This document shows, one piece after another, positions 25,722 to 34,767 of a stretch of 45,882 bases of DNA. This DNA is from Aquificaceae bacterium (lineage in GTDB: Bacteria; Aquificota; Aquificia; Aquificales; Aquificaceae). The stretch is from NCBI GenBank assembly GCA_015487535.1, contig WFPN01000329.1:1-45882 (forward strand), read 5' to 3'. The position numbers and the translations under genes were made by a program. Each line of letters begins with the position of its first letter. Positions within the stretch are counted from its first letter, which is position 1. The notes below the pieces were generated by a model. That model made no database searches. It was not told where the DNA came from and worked only from the letters and a program-made list of their open reading frames with translations.

Positions 25722-26885
25722 ATGTTCTTCAAATGGGATAAAGAAGTACGGAACCTGTCCAGAAAGCTTCCCAAGCCCAAGCTGTCAGAGTACGACAAGA
25801 TGGCTGAGTATCCGTACGTTTACTCTGCCTTGCTGCTTTACACTGAAGAGATACTTCAGGTCAACCCAGATACCGGCCGCATATACGAGGTTGAGACGGA
25901 TAACAAGAGGGTCAATGATCTGGTTGCTCGGCTGGAGGATTCTGGGTTTGAGACTACCCTCAATATAGCGGTTTTCAACGCCTGTAAATACGGAGAGTTC
26001 GCTGTGGTTTTTGATGGAAAGGACTCTCTTAGGTTGATCTCTCCGAAGAACTACGAACTTGACTCCGAGGGCAAGCTTATTGTGAAAGAAGGGAGGAGCG
26101 AGAGGGAAACGTTGGAACCTGAGATGTACTCACGCTTGGCTTTTTTGACGGACATAGAGGATCAGCCCTACGGTACTTCTGTGCTTAAACCCGCCAGGAG
26201 GGTTTGGAAGAACCTCAAGCTCCTCGAGGAGTCTCTCCTCGTTTACAGACTGACGAGGGCTCCTCAGAGGTATGCGTTCTACATATACGTTGGAGATAAG
26301 ACGCCCGAAGAGGCTTTGGACTACGTGAATCAGCTGAGGATGGATATAAAGAGGAGGAGGTTGATAGACGAGAGGACCGGGGAGCTCAGGAGGGAACCCG
26401 GTTTCTTGAGCATAGAGGATGACTTCTTCATACCTGTGTGGGAAGAGGGGAAGGAGACGAGGATAGACGTCCTTTCTGGGGCTTCCAACGTTGCGGATAT
26501 TGCCGATGTTGAGTACTTCCTTTCCCAGTTCTTCGGTGCCTTGAGGATACCTAAGGCGTACATGGGTAACGAGTACGATGTGAACAGGGCAACCCTCGTT
26601 ATGCAGGATGTGAGGTTTGCGAGGACTATAAAGAGGCTCCAGAAGTTCGTGCAGGGGTGGCTTGAGGACCTCTTTACGAAGTTCGCTATGCGCAACGGTA
26701 TAGAGGAGCCTTCTGTTAGAGTGAAGATGTTCTTTCCGAACATAGACGATGCTATGAGGCTTGAGTACTTGATGAATAAGGCTGATTTGATAGACAGGAT
26801 GTCTAACTTGAGGGATGCGGAGGGGAATCCTTTGTTCGACCGAAGTGAGCTCAAGTCTATGTGGGGAGGGGAAGATGCACGGTAG
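25722..26885 (+). CDS. Portal protein, T4 gp20-like
   Basis: YRLTRAPQRYAFYIYVG, EDDFFIP, IDVLSG, DVEYF...ALRIPKAY, DVRFARTIKRLQ. Confidence 0.92.
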   Translation: MFFKWDKEVRNLSRKLPKPKLSEYDKMAEYPYVYSALLLYTEEILQVNPDTGRIYEVETDNKRVNDLVARLEDSGFETTLNIAVFNACKYGEFAVVFDGKDSLRLISPKNYELDSEGKLIVKEGRSERETLEPEMYSRLAFLTDIEDQPYGTSVLKPARRVWKNLKLLEESLLVYRLTRAPQRYAFYIYVGDKTPEEALDYVNQLRMDIKRRRLIDERTGELRREPGFLSIEDDFFIPVWEEGKETRIDVLSGASNVADIADVEYFLSQFFGALRIPKAYMGNEYDVNRATLVMQDVRFARTIKRLQKFVQGWLEDLFTKFAMRNGIEEPSVRVKMFFPNIDDAMRLEYLMNKADLIDRMSNLRDAEGNPLFDRSELKSMWGGEDAR

Positions 26886-27681
26886 GTGGAACGAGCTTCC
26901 CGTGTTTGACTTTGTTGAGGTCGAAGGCCCTCTTGTAGAGGGCAAGTCTCTTGGGTGGAAGCTCAAGTGGGATGGGGATAAGAGGGCAAAGCTTCTGGGT
27001 ATGGCTGTCAAGCTTGGAGACCACATAAAGGACATAAAGAGGAGGAAGGCTAAGAATGCGAGGGCGAAGTTTTTGAGCTTGAAGGCTGACCTTGAGCGGA
27101 AAGGATGGGCGGTTATAAGCGACTTTATAGAGGGACGGCTGAGCAAGGAGGAGGCGGAGAAGCTGCTCAGGAGGGAGCTTAAACAGGCTTACAGGAGAGC
27201 TTTTGAGCTTGGGCATGAGAGCTCCGGGATGTCGGACTGGGTCGAGCTGACCGATAGGGATCTTGAGTGGCTCGAGAGCGCCTACAGGGAGGAGGTTGGG
27301 TACCTTAAGAGATTCTTGGACGATGTGGATGCTGGTCGGGGGGCTATGGACTACAGGAAGAGGTGGAGGATGTACGTTGATACTCTCGAACATGTGTTCT
27401 TCAGCGGGAAGATGGTCTCCGTACCGGAGGGTTTTGTTATCGACTGGGTTATGAACAGGCTGGCGGAGCACTGTGAGGGATGCGAGATCCTGAAGAAGAA
27501 CTCTCCCTACACGAGGAACTCCCTGCCGACAGTCCCCAAGGCTGGAGCCACACCGTGTCTGTCTAACTGTAGGTGCAGGCTCAGGGTCAGGAAGCCGAGA
27601 TCTCTCGAGGAGTATAAGGCCGCTGATAGGAAGAACAGGAGGAGCCTGCTTCGCCTGCTTAAAAAGGTGAAGGGAGGGTGA
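26875..27681 (+). CDS. Head morphogenesis (MuF-like) protein, putative
   Basis: Follows portal; EHCEGC...CLSNCRC. Confidence 0.6.
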   Translation: MHGRWNELPVFDFVEVEGPLVEGKSLGWKLKWDGDKRAKLLGMAVKLGDHIKDIKRRKAKNARAKFLSLKADLERKGWAVISDFIEGRLSKEEAEKLLRRELKQAYRRAFELGHESSGMSDWVELTDRDLEWLESAYREEVGYLKRFLDDVDAGRGAMDYRKRWRMYVDTLEHVFFSGKMVSVPEGFVIDWVMNRLAEHCEGCEILKKNSPYTRNSLPTVPKAGATPCLSNCRCRLRVRKPRSLEEYKAADRKNRRSLLRLLKKVKGG

Positions 27682-27704
27682 GCGCAAACGTTTTCGGTCG
27701 TGAG

Positions 27705-27735
27705 TTGCACGAGCAATAACGATAAATATGTTATT
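27705..27735 (+). promoter_or_regulatory. Palindromic motif copy 6, upstream of core/protease/capsid genes
   Basis: TTGCAC 27705; AATAAC-gataaatat-GTTATT (27715-27735). Confidence 0.75.
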
Positions 27736-27752
27736 AATTAGGAGGTACGGGT

Positions 27753-28253
27753 ATGAAAGAGCATGCCGAGGCCATCGTTGAGTCTTTTCTTTCGTCTGGA
27801 ACCATCGACGGCGAAGCTCTTAGGGAAGCTCTTAGGGTTGGTGTGAGGAAGAGGAGGAAAAAGAGGGTAGATCCGGAGCAGAGGAGGAAGTGGAAGGAGT
27901 ATTACAGGAAGAACAAGAGGAGGATACTCAGGAGGGTGAAGCAGTGGGCCAGGAAGAACAAAGCTGCTCTCAGGCAGTATGCGAAGAAGTACAGACAGAT
28001 GTTCGGCAAGAAGGAGGGCGCCGAACCTATGACGGAGAACGTCGAGATGCTCAGGGACAGGGTTGAGGAGCTTATCTCCTTTGTTGAGGAGGTCGATGCG
28101 GACGGGACTGAGGAGCTTCTCGATCAGCTTGAGGAACTTCAGGAGATGCTCGAGGAGGTCGACGAGCTGGACGAGGAGGAGGCTGGAGAGATAGAGGAGA
28201 TGATAGACGAGATAGAGAAGGCCCTGTTGGCAATAGACTCTCAGGAGGATTGA
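27753..28253 (+). CDS. Putative prohead core protein (basic half + acidic half)
   Basis: R/K-rich then E/D-rich; lies between portal and protease. Confidence 0.55.
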   Translation: MKEHAEAIVESFLSSGTIDGEALREALRVGVRKRRKKRVDPEQRRKWKEYYRKNKRRILRRVKQWARKNKAALRQYAKKYRQMFGKKEGAEPMTENVEMLRDRVEELISFVEEVDADGTEELLDQLEELQEMLEEVDELDEEEAGEIEEMIDEIEKALLAIDSQED

Positions 28254-28254
28254 A

Positions 28255-29304
28255 ATGGGTGTTCTTGTCGAAACCACCTATATACAGCCGGAAGTTGTAA
28301 AGGAGAATAAGGACGGGAAGGAAAGGGTCAGGTTCAGGGGGGTTTTCCAGAGAGCGGACGTTGTGAACGAGAACGGGAGGAGGTACCCGAGGAAGGTCAT
28401 AGAAAAGGCTATTAAGGAGTTTGAGGAGAGGATAAAGGAAGGCAGGGCTGTCGGGACTCTCGAACACCCCCTCGACGGGATCACGAGACTCGACGCTATC
28501 AGCCACAAGATAGTCAGTCTGGAGCTCAAGGAAAGTGGAGAGGTGGTTGGGGAGTTCGAGGTGCTGGACACCTCTAAGGGGAAGGATCTCAGGGCTCTGC
28601 TGGAGGCCGGGGTTAAGATAGGGATCAGCTCGAGGGGTTTCGGTTCTACAAAGAAGGTAAAGGATGGGGACAGGGAGATAGAGGAGGTACAGGAGGACTT
28701 CAGGTTCGAGGCCTTCGACGTTGTCTATACACCTTCCACCCCGGGTGGGTGGGTTTATTTGAAGGAGTCTCTGGACAAAGCGGGGCTTGTCAGGAAGGAG
28801 GACGTTGTTTCCCTGGTGGACAGCTTGATTGGGTCTTTTGTCGAGGTAACCGAGGAGCTTGTAGAGGAGCTTCTGGAGAACGTTGAGGAGGTGTACACAG
28901 AGGAGTTCTCCGCACGTCCGGACGCAAAGGCTGTTGTTGCAGTTGAGGCGATAGCGAAGATACTCTCTCCTATAGTTCCTGAGATAGCTGAGTGGATAGC
29001 GGAGGCGAGCTGTGAGGAGAAGGAGAAGCTTCAGGAGGAACTCGAGGAGCTTCAGGGGAAGGTAAGGGAGCTTACCGTGGAGAACTACAAGCTCCAGAAG
29101 GTTGCGGAGTCCGCCTATCCCGAGGAGTTGAGGTCTTACCTGGCCGAGGCCAAAACGGTGGAAGAGGTGGACAGGCTTGTCGAGGACTTCAAGAGGAAGA
29201 AGAAGGTTTCCTTCAAGGTAGATAAAGGGAATGATAAGGGTGGTAAGGATAGGAGCATACTCGAGGAGAAACTTCAGAAATTTTCAGGCGGAGGTGTAGT
29301 GTGA
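28255..29304 (+). CDS. Prohead protease, T4 gp21-like, with acidic scaffold-like C-terminus
   Basis: NENGRRYP, GTLEHP, GISSRGFGS, FDVVYTPS. Confidence 0.9.
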   Translation: MGVLVETTYIQPEVVKENKDGKERVRFRGVFQRADVVNENGRRYPRKVIEKAIKEFEERIKEGRAVGTLEHPLDGITRLDAISHKIVSLELKESGEVVGEFEVLDTSKGKDLRALLEAGVKIGISSRGFGSTKKVKDGDREIEEVQEDFRFEAFDVVYTPSTPGGWVYLKESLDKAGLVRKEDVVSLVDSLIGSFVEVTEELVEELLENVEEVYTEEFSARPDAKAVVAVEAIAKILSPIVPEIAEWIAEASCEEKEKLQEELEELQGKVRELTVENYKLQKVAESAYPEELRSYLAEAKTVEEVDRLVEDFKRKKKVSFKVDKGNDKGGKDRSILEEKLQKFSGGGVV

Positions 29305-30752
29305 TGTCTGTGAGACAGATACCTGTTTTCAGCTCCTACGAAGAGAAGGTGCAGTACGGGCTGAGGGTTGTTGAGGAGAACGCCCCGTTTTTCGAAGCGC
29401 TCGCCCAAATGAACCCGAGGTACAAGAGGATCTGGGAGAGTGGCGACAGGCACAAGCTGGCTCTCCTCGGTTTCATATTCGAGAATACTGTCGGGAGGAT
29501 AACCGAGGTGACCAAGACACCTCCCGAGACTGTGAGGAGGGCTTTGCTCGAGGGTAAGGGCATACTTGCGGAGGCTACTACCCTGAACGATATAGCGGGG
29601 TACGACATCAACTACCTTGGGGTTGTATCGTTCCTCTTTCCCACGCTCGTTGCTTCTGACATAGTGAACATACAGCCCCTCGAGGGACCTACGGGCGTGA
29701 TCTTCTACAAGAGGTATCTGACTGAGAAGGCGAAGGGTAAGGTGGCGGCTGGTACGGAGCTGACGAGGAGCGACCAGACCGATCAGGGAGCGGCCGAGCA
29801 GGGGATAGCCGGTGACCTCGTTGTGGATGAGAAGATAGGTACTGGGAACGGAACCAATACGACCTTTAACGGTACACTCGCTTGGACTCCTGTTGTCCCC
29901 ACCTCCGTTACTGTGACCGACGGGACGCAGATAGTTACTGACGACGGGAACGGAAACCTTACTGGGGATGGGAGTGGAACGATAAACTACGAGACCGGGG
30001 ATATAGCCGTTACCTTCAACGCCGCCCCTGCGAGTGGTGCGGACGTCACCGTAACGTACAGGTTCGAAAACCACGGGAATCAGTTCATGACCGTGAAGAT
30101 GAAGCTCGAGAAGAAGACTGTGTCCGCTCAGAGCAGGGTTCTCGGGTTCCAGTGGGAGGCGGAGGCCCAGCAGGATCTGCTCGCCTACCATCAGATAGCT
30201 ATAGAGGATGATGTCGCCACTACGCTTGTGGAGGAGGTCGCTACGGAGATAGACTCGAAGATACTTTCCGACCTGTATGCACTCGCTAATGCAGGGGTGT
30301 ACAAGGAGGTTTGGGACTCCACTCCTCCTGCGGGAACCGACCCGGTTCTCTATAGACAGACGATAGCCTTCGCTATAAGGAGGGTTTACACGAAGATCAT
30401 AGATGCTATAGGCAGGAGGCCTGCGAACTCGGTTGCCTTTGCGGTGTGTGGGGCTGACGCATGGCATTACGTGCAGACGAGCGGTAAGCTCCAGGACGGA
30501 AAGCTGGACGGGGACATAAACGTTTACTACTCTCCCCTTGTGCCTGCGAACTCCATCATAGTCGGTATCAAGGGGGCGGATGCTGTTACCGGCGGTTACG
30601 TTTACTCTCCTTACAGGCTCGAGGTTTCTCCTGCTGTCCCTGCGGTTGTCAACGGTCAGACTCACCCCTTCCTGTATGTCAAGGGGATACTGAGCAGGGA
30701 CGCCTTTACGGTTGTTAATCCCAAGTTCTATGGACTTGTTACTGTGGTCTGA
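29304..30752 (+). CDS. Major capsid protein, T4 gp23-like
   Basis: LVASDIVNIQPLEGPTGVIFY, QWEAEAQQDL..YH, EIDSKIL, YVYSPY. Confidence 0.92.
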   Translation: MSVRQIPVFSSYEEKVQYGLRVVEENAPFFEALAQMNPRYKRIWESGDRHKLALLGFIFENTVGRITEVTKTPPETVRRALLEGKGILAEATTLNDIAGYDINYLGVVSFLFPTLVASDIVNIQPLEGPTGVIFYKRYLTEKAKGKVAAGTELTRSDQTDQGAAEQGIAGDLVVDEKIGTGNGTNTTFNGTLAWTPVVPTSVTVTDGTQIVTDDGNGNLTGDGSGTINYETGDIAVTFNAAPASGADVTVTYRFENHGNQFMTVKMKLEKKTVSAQSRVLGFQWEAEAQQDLLAYHQIAIEDDVATTLVEEVATEIDSKILSDLYALANAGVYKEVWDSTPPAGTDPVLYRQTIAFAIRRVYTKIIDAIGRRPANSVAFAVCGADAWHYVQTSGKLQDGKLDGDINVYYSPLVPANSIIVGIKGADAVTGGYVYSPYRLEVSPAVPAVVNGQTHPFLYVKGILSRDAFTVVNPKFYGLVTVV

Positions 30753-30765
30753 TCGGAGGTAGGGT

Positions 30766-31179
30766 ATGTACAGGGTCGAATTCAGTAAACTGATGGAGGC
30801 ACGTGCTCTCAAGGAGGGGAGGGGGCTTGCCTTCCCTCCTGATCTTGTTGAGGAGACTTCTGAGAAGGCCAAGGCTCTCGGGCTTAACGTTGACTACTCT
30901 CGTAAGGAGCTCCAGGGTGGAAATGTTGATTTTGCAAAGGTGGAGATTTCCTTTGAGAGGAGGCAGACCGTTTTCCTTATGGAGTCGGCCCACTTTAAGG
31001 ACAAAGACGAGTACGACTGTCGTATATATCTGAATGTCCCTGTTAAGTCGTGGGATAAGGTGGCTAAGGATGTAAGGGATCTTGAGGAGTTCGGGGAGGA
31101 GTTTGAAGGCAGGGCGGAGTTCTACAGGAAGGTATCAGAGCTGATCGACTACGTTGTTCAGAAACTGAGGAGGTTGTGA
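30766..31179 (+). CDS. Hypothetical virion-region protein
   Basis: GGAGGT RBS. Confidence 0.6.
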   Translation: MYRVEFSKLMEARALKEGRGLAFPPDLVEETSEKAKALGLNVDYSRKELQGGNVDFAKVEISFERRQTVFLMESAHFKDKDEYDCRIYLNVPVKSWDKVAKDVRDLEEFGEEFEGRAEFYRKVSELIDYVVQKLRRL

Positions 31180-31180
31180 T

Positions 31181-31375
31181 ATGAAGACTGTCAGAGTTAA
31201 GAACGTGTCTAAGACCGCTATCGGGGTGCCCAACGGTTCTGGCGGGACTGTTGTCATCGCTCCTGGGGAGGAAACGGAGATCCCCCAGAAGTATATGCCC
31301 CTGCTTGCGGGGCAGGTGGTCAAGGTGAAGAAGAAAACTGGTGGGAACCAGAGCAAGGAAGGTGAGAAGAAGTAG
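31181..31375 (+). CDS. Small hypothetical virion-region protein
   Basis: GAGGAGG RBS. Confidence 0.6.
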   Translation: MKTVRVKNVSKTAIGVPNGSGGTVVIAPGEETEIPQKYMPLLAGQVVKVKKKTGGNQSKEGEKK

Positions 31376-31383
31376 GTTGGGCG

Positions 31384-32070
31384 ATGACCAAGGATGAGCT
31401 GATTACTGCTATAAGGGCGTATCTCGGTGATGGGGTTGTCGGGGTTGAGCTCACTCCTGCTCAGCTGGATGTTGTTGTCGGGTCTTCTCTAAGGTGGCTT
31501 TCAAGGTTCTTCAAGAGGACAGGGTCTCTGACCCTTACTCCAGCATCCGGGCAGTCGAAGTTTGACCTCAGCGGTCTCCCTTATGGTGCGGAAGTTGTCG
31601 ATGTGAGGAGGGCCCCCGTTTCCTCCCCTCCCTCTTACTTTTTGGAGGATGACATCTATCCCTTTCACGAGAGCGCCCCTGATGTGGGCGAGTATGCGAT
31701 AGGGCTCAACTATTCCGAGGTTGCCAGGAAGATGCTTGGCAGAGATCCTGTGTGGAAGTACGATCCCCCTTATCTCTACATCAGCCCTCCTGCTGGTGAT
31801 GGGGAGACTGTGAAGGTGTATTACACGTTGCCCTTGACCGCTGTGGAGGATGTTCCGGACAAGTTTCTCGTTCCGCTCGTGGAGTATGCGAAGGGAGAGG
31901 CTAAAGAGATACTCGGGAGGATAAGGGGTAAGTACAGGGGCGTGCCTGCTCCGGAGGGACAGGTTGAGCTTGACGCCGATGTCCTCTTGCAGGAGGCAAG
32001 GGAGGACAAGGAGAGGGCCGAGGAGATGGTAAGAAAGCTTGTTCCGTCTGCCGGTTTTGTGGTCGGTTAG
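31384..32070 (+). CDS. Neck / head-tail adaptor, T4 gp13-like
   Basis: YLG..VVGVELT..QLD; KEILGRIRGKY..VPAPEG.V.LD. Confidence 0.8.
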   Translation: MTKDELITAIRAYLGDGVVGVELTPAQLDVVVGSSLRWLSRFFKRTGSLTLTPASGQSKFDLSGLPYGAEVVDVRRAPVSSPPSYFLEDDIYPFHESAPDVGEYAIGLNYSEVARKMLGRDPVWKYDPPYLYISPPAGDGETVKVYYTLPLTAVEDVPDKFLVPLVEYAKGEAKEILGRIRGKYRGVPAPEGQVELDADVLLQEAREDKERAEEMVRKLVPSAGFVVG

Positions 32071-32079
32071 GAGGGTGGT

Positions 32080-32511
32080 ATGCTTGGCGAAGCAGAAAAG
32101 GCACAGCTGAAGAGGTTGATGAGGAAACTCAAGAGGAAGAACAAAAAACAGCTTAAGAAACTGGCAAAGGCTAATGTTGTTTATCCCGATGTTCTCAGCA
32201 CCGACAGGGATTACAGCTACCTTGCGAATACCTTGGTCGTTGAGTATGCGGAGATCCTTGAGGCCCTCCAGTATATGGAGGAACTTTCCGGGAAAGCTTT
32301 AGCTTGTGCGCAGAAGTATGCTGTGCTCGACGGGGAAGGGAACATAAAACACTTCAAGGGCCCTCCTGGGCAGGGTGTGAGGTTCAAGAACTGTGTCGAG
32401 TACTTCAGGTGTCTCGGGAAAAGCGAGGAACGGGCTAAGGGTATATGTGCGGCTATAGCGAGGGCAAAGTGTAGGGCAGGAGCTAAGTATGCCTGCGGGA
32501 GGAGGAAATGA
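32080..32511 (+). CDS. Hypothetical basic, Cys-rich protein
   Basis: AGGAGG RBS. Confidence 0.6.
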   Translation: MLGEAEKAQLKRLMRKLKRKNKKQLKKLAKANVVYPDVLSTDRDYSYLANTLVVEYAEILEALQYMEELSGKALACAQKYAVLDGEGNIKHFKGPPGQGVRFKNCVEYFRCLGKSEERAKGICAAIARAKCRAGAKYACGRRK

Positions 32512-32804
32512 CCGAAAAGCAGAAGAGGTTTTTAATGAGGCTTGCAGAGGAGATAGGTATGGGGAGGTTCCTGGAGATCGTAGAGGAGGAGGGCGTGAAT
32601 GTAAGCTCTCTAATATCGAGGTGCACTAAAGAGGTTGAGGAACTTTCCCTTTTGAAGGAGAAGATCTCAAAGCACCCGAGGTTCAAGGAGAAGTACGACT
32701 GGAGGATACTCCTTTATGCGGACAAGGAGCTTTGCGAACTCATGCTCGAAGACCTTGAGAGCTCCAAGAGCATAGAGGAAGAACTGAAGGAGGCCTTCAG
32801 ATGA
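32508..32804 (+). CDS. Hypothetical protein
   Basis: GGAGGAGG RBS, ATGA overlap. Confidence 0.6.
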   Translation: MTEKQKRFLMRLAEEIGMGRFLEIVEEEGVNVSSLISRCTKEVEELSLLKEKISKHPRFKEKYDWRILLYADKELCELMLEDLESSKSIEEELKEAFR

Positions 32805-33019
32805 GGATAAAGATAGGAGCGGTTGATCAAGAGGTAGGTGTTTTGCTTGTGAAGACCTCGAAAGAGCAGATTGAGAAGGTAGGAAGAGAGGAGTTCAGGA
32901 AGAGGGTGGAAAAGGCCCTCGATGTTCTCTTTACAGAGATAGAAAGGGCTTTGGGCGATGGGAGGACTTCTTACGTGGAGAAGACCTTGGTTTTGGGAAG
33001 GAGACAGCTAAATGATTGA
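32801..33019 (+). CDS. Hypothetical protein
   Basis: AAGGAGG RBS, ATGA overlap. Confidence 0.55.
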   Translation: MRIKIGAVDQEVGVLLVKTSKEQIEKVGREEFRKRVEKALDVLFTEIERALGDGRTSYVEKTLVLGRRQLND

Positions 33020-33416
33020 GGATTACAACCCAGATCCTTACGTGGCCGAGAGTTTTTCTCTTTTCTACAGACTTGTGAACGTTTACCCTCTCGATTCGAA
33101 CGCAACTCAGATAGATGCTCTTTACGGCGAGAGTAAGGGGAGGGTTTATCCATCCACGCCTGTGCAGGTTCCTCTTTACTACAGGTTTGACATAGACGAG
33201 AAGACTCTTACTAAGTTCGGGATAGACAGGAAGGAGGATCTTTTCATAGGCATAAGCAAGTCCTTAGCCCAGCAGTCGGGGTGGACTCCAAAGATAGGGG
33301 ATCTTGTAGAGATAGGGGGTGAGAGGTTTGAGATAACTACGCTAAAGCCCCAGAGGGCTATGAACGGAGAGGTTTACATTCTCGTGGGGACTGCAAAGAG
33401 ATGGCAATCAGGATAA
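33012..33416 (+). CDS. Head completion/neck protein, T4 gp14-like
   Basis: DALYGE, LTKFGID, PKIGDLV...FEIT. Confidence 0.7.
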   Translation: MIEDYNPDPYVAESFSLFYRLVNVYPLDSNATQIDALYGESKGRVYPSTPVQVPLYYRFDIDEKTLTKFGIDRKEDLFIGISKSLAQQSGWTPKIGDLVEIGGERFEITTLKPQRAMNGEVYILVGTAKRWQSG

Positions 33417-33988
33417 AGCCCGTAGGGAAGGTTTACGAGCCAAGAGCGATTAAAAAAGTGGTAAAGGAGTACATAGACAGGGGGGTGGAGGAGATAGCTA
33501 ATGAACTTGCACAAAACGTCGCTAAGAGGGTTCAGCCTAACTGGATAAGGGAAAGGACACGCTTACTCCTTAAGAGGGCCAGGCGGATAGAGAAGGGGTA
33601 CGAGAAGAGGATGGCAGAGTATGTAGCGAATTATCTAAGAAAGGGCATTTTAAGGCAGAAATGGAAGAGCAGGTGGAAGCCCTTGAGCGAGAAATACCGC
33701 AGATACAAGCTCAGGAAGGGATTGGATACGAGGATACTCTTGGCTTACCACTACTACGTCAACTCCATAACTGTTTACCAGTTGGGGGAAGACTGGGTGG
33801 TAGGGACTAAACCTTTCCAGAAGCATCCTAAGACGGGAATTCCCATGGAAAAGCTCGCAAGGTTTTTGGAGTTCGGGACACGGAATATGCCCGCAAGGCC
33901 ACACTGGAGACCCGCTTTTAAGGAAGCCCAAAAGAACGCAGGCTATGTTTTGAGAAGGTATCTCAGGGATGTTAAGGCTTTTGGATGA
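33401..33988 (+). CDS. Tail-completion / HK97 gp10-like virion morphogenesis protein
   Basis: WKPLS..Y, LEFGTRNMPARPHWRP. Confidence 0.7.
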   Translation: MAIRIKPVGKVYEPRAIKKVVKEYIDRGVEEIANELAQNVAKRVQPNWIRERTRLLLKRARRIEKGYEKRMAEYVANYLRKGILRQKWKSRWKPLSEKYRRYKLRKGLDTRILLAYHYYVNSITVYQLGEDWVVGTKPFQKHPKTGIPMEKLARFLEFGTRNMPARPHWRPAFKEAQKNAGYVLRRYLRDVKAFG

Positions 33989-34544
33989 GGTTACAAAACA
34001 ACTTCTCAGCGGGTTTGTGGTGGAGAGGGGCGGGCAGTATGTAAGCGTGAGCAGGGTGATCTACTCCACCCCTGAAAGGGCCTTCTCGGACTCCGATAAG
34101 CGGATAGACCTTCCTGTGATCTCTTTCTTCAGGTTTTCTCAAGAGTTCTCTCAGGAGGCCAATAATCTTGCAGTACAGGAGGTAGGAGGAATTATTAAGG
34201 ACAAAGCCACTTACACGGGCAGGAGGTACAAGCTCGTCCCAGTTTCGGCTTCTTACCAGGTAGACTTCTGGGTCAAGTTCACAGACGACCTCCAGATTCT
34301 CCAGACCCAGCTCCTCCACTACTTTAGACCTGTGAAGAGGTACTACCTTGAGATAGATACAGGTGTGGGTGCTCCCCTTGATTACTCGCTTTCAGGTATG
34401 ACGGACAACTCTGATCTGGAGCCTGGAGAAGAGGAAAGGGTTTTGAGGTTTACTGCGGATCTGGAGGTGAAAGGCTATCTGCCTCTCGAAGCGGTCGATG
34501 TGAAGTTGGTAAAAGATGTCATCGCGTATGTAGATGTTTTATGA
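33969..34544 (+). CDS. Tail terminator / sheath stabiliser, T4 gp15-like
   Basis: LPVISF, VP....YQVDFW...DLQILQTQLL..F.P, F...EVKGYL. Confidence 0.7.
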   Translation: MLRLLDEVTKQLLSGFVVERGGQYVSVSRVIYSTPERAFSDSDKRIDLPVISFFRFSQEFSQEANNLAVQEVGGIIKDKATYTGRRYKLVPVSASYQVDFWVKFTDDLQILQTQLLHYFRPVKRYYLEIDTGVGAPLDYSLSGMTDNSDLEPGEEERVLRFTADLEVKGYLPLEAVDVKLVKDVIAYVDVL

Positions 34545-34576
34545 TTGCAAGGTTTAATCACAATTTGTAAGTTATT
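34545..34576 (+). promoter_or_regulatory. Palindromic motif copy 7, upstream of the tail operon
   Basis: TTGCAA 34545; AATCAC-aatttgtaa-GTTATT (34556-34576). Confidence 0.75.
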
Positions 34577-34590
34577 ATAGGAGGCACACC

Positions 34591-34767
34591 ATGAAAGTAA
34601 AGAATATCTCTGGACAAGTGATCAACACCTCCAAAGGATTGCTCCTCCCGCTTGAAGAGAAGGAGCTCGACAAAGGAGAGGCGGAAAGGCTGATAAGGAG
34701 AGGGCTTGTGATAGCGACAAAGGACCTTCCAAAACCCCCTAAACCCCAAGAAGGAGGTAACAAGTAA
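34591..34767 (+). CDS. 58-aa protein missing from the ORF track
   Basis: AGGAGG RBS; MKVKNISGQVINTSKG...GGNK; TAATG overlap with the sheath gene. Confidence 0.7.
   Translation: MKVKNISGQVINTSKGLLLPLEEKELDKGEAERLIRRGLVIATKDLPKPPKPQEGGNK

Noticed and set aside
24195-30872. Long minus-strand ORFs (24195-25139, 26130-27146, 26857-27687, 29274-30872)
   Set aside because: Antisense shadows of well-supported structural genes; Leu/Pro/Ser-rich with no recognisable motifs.
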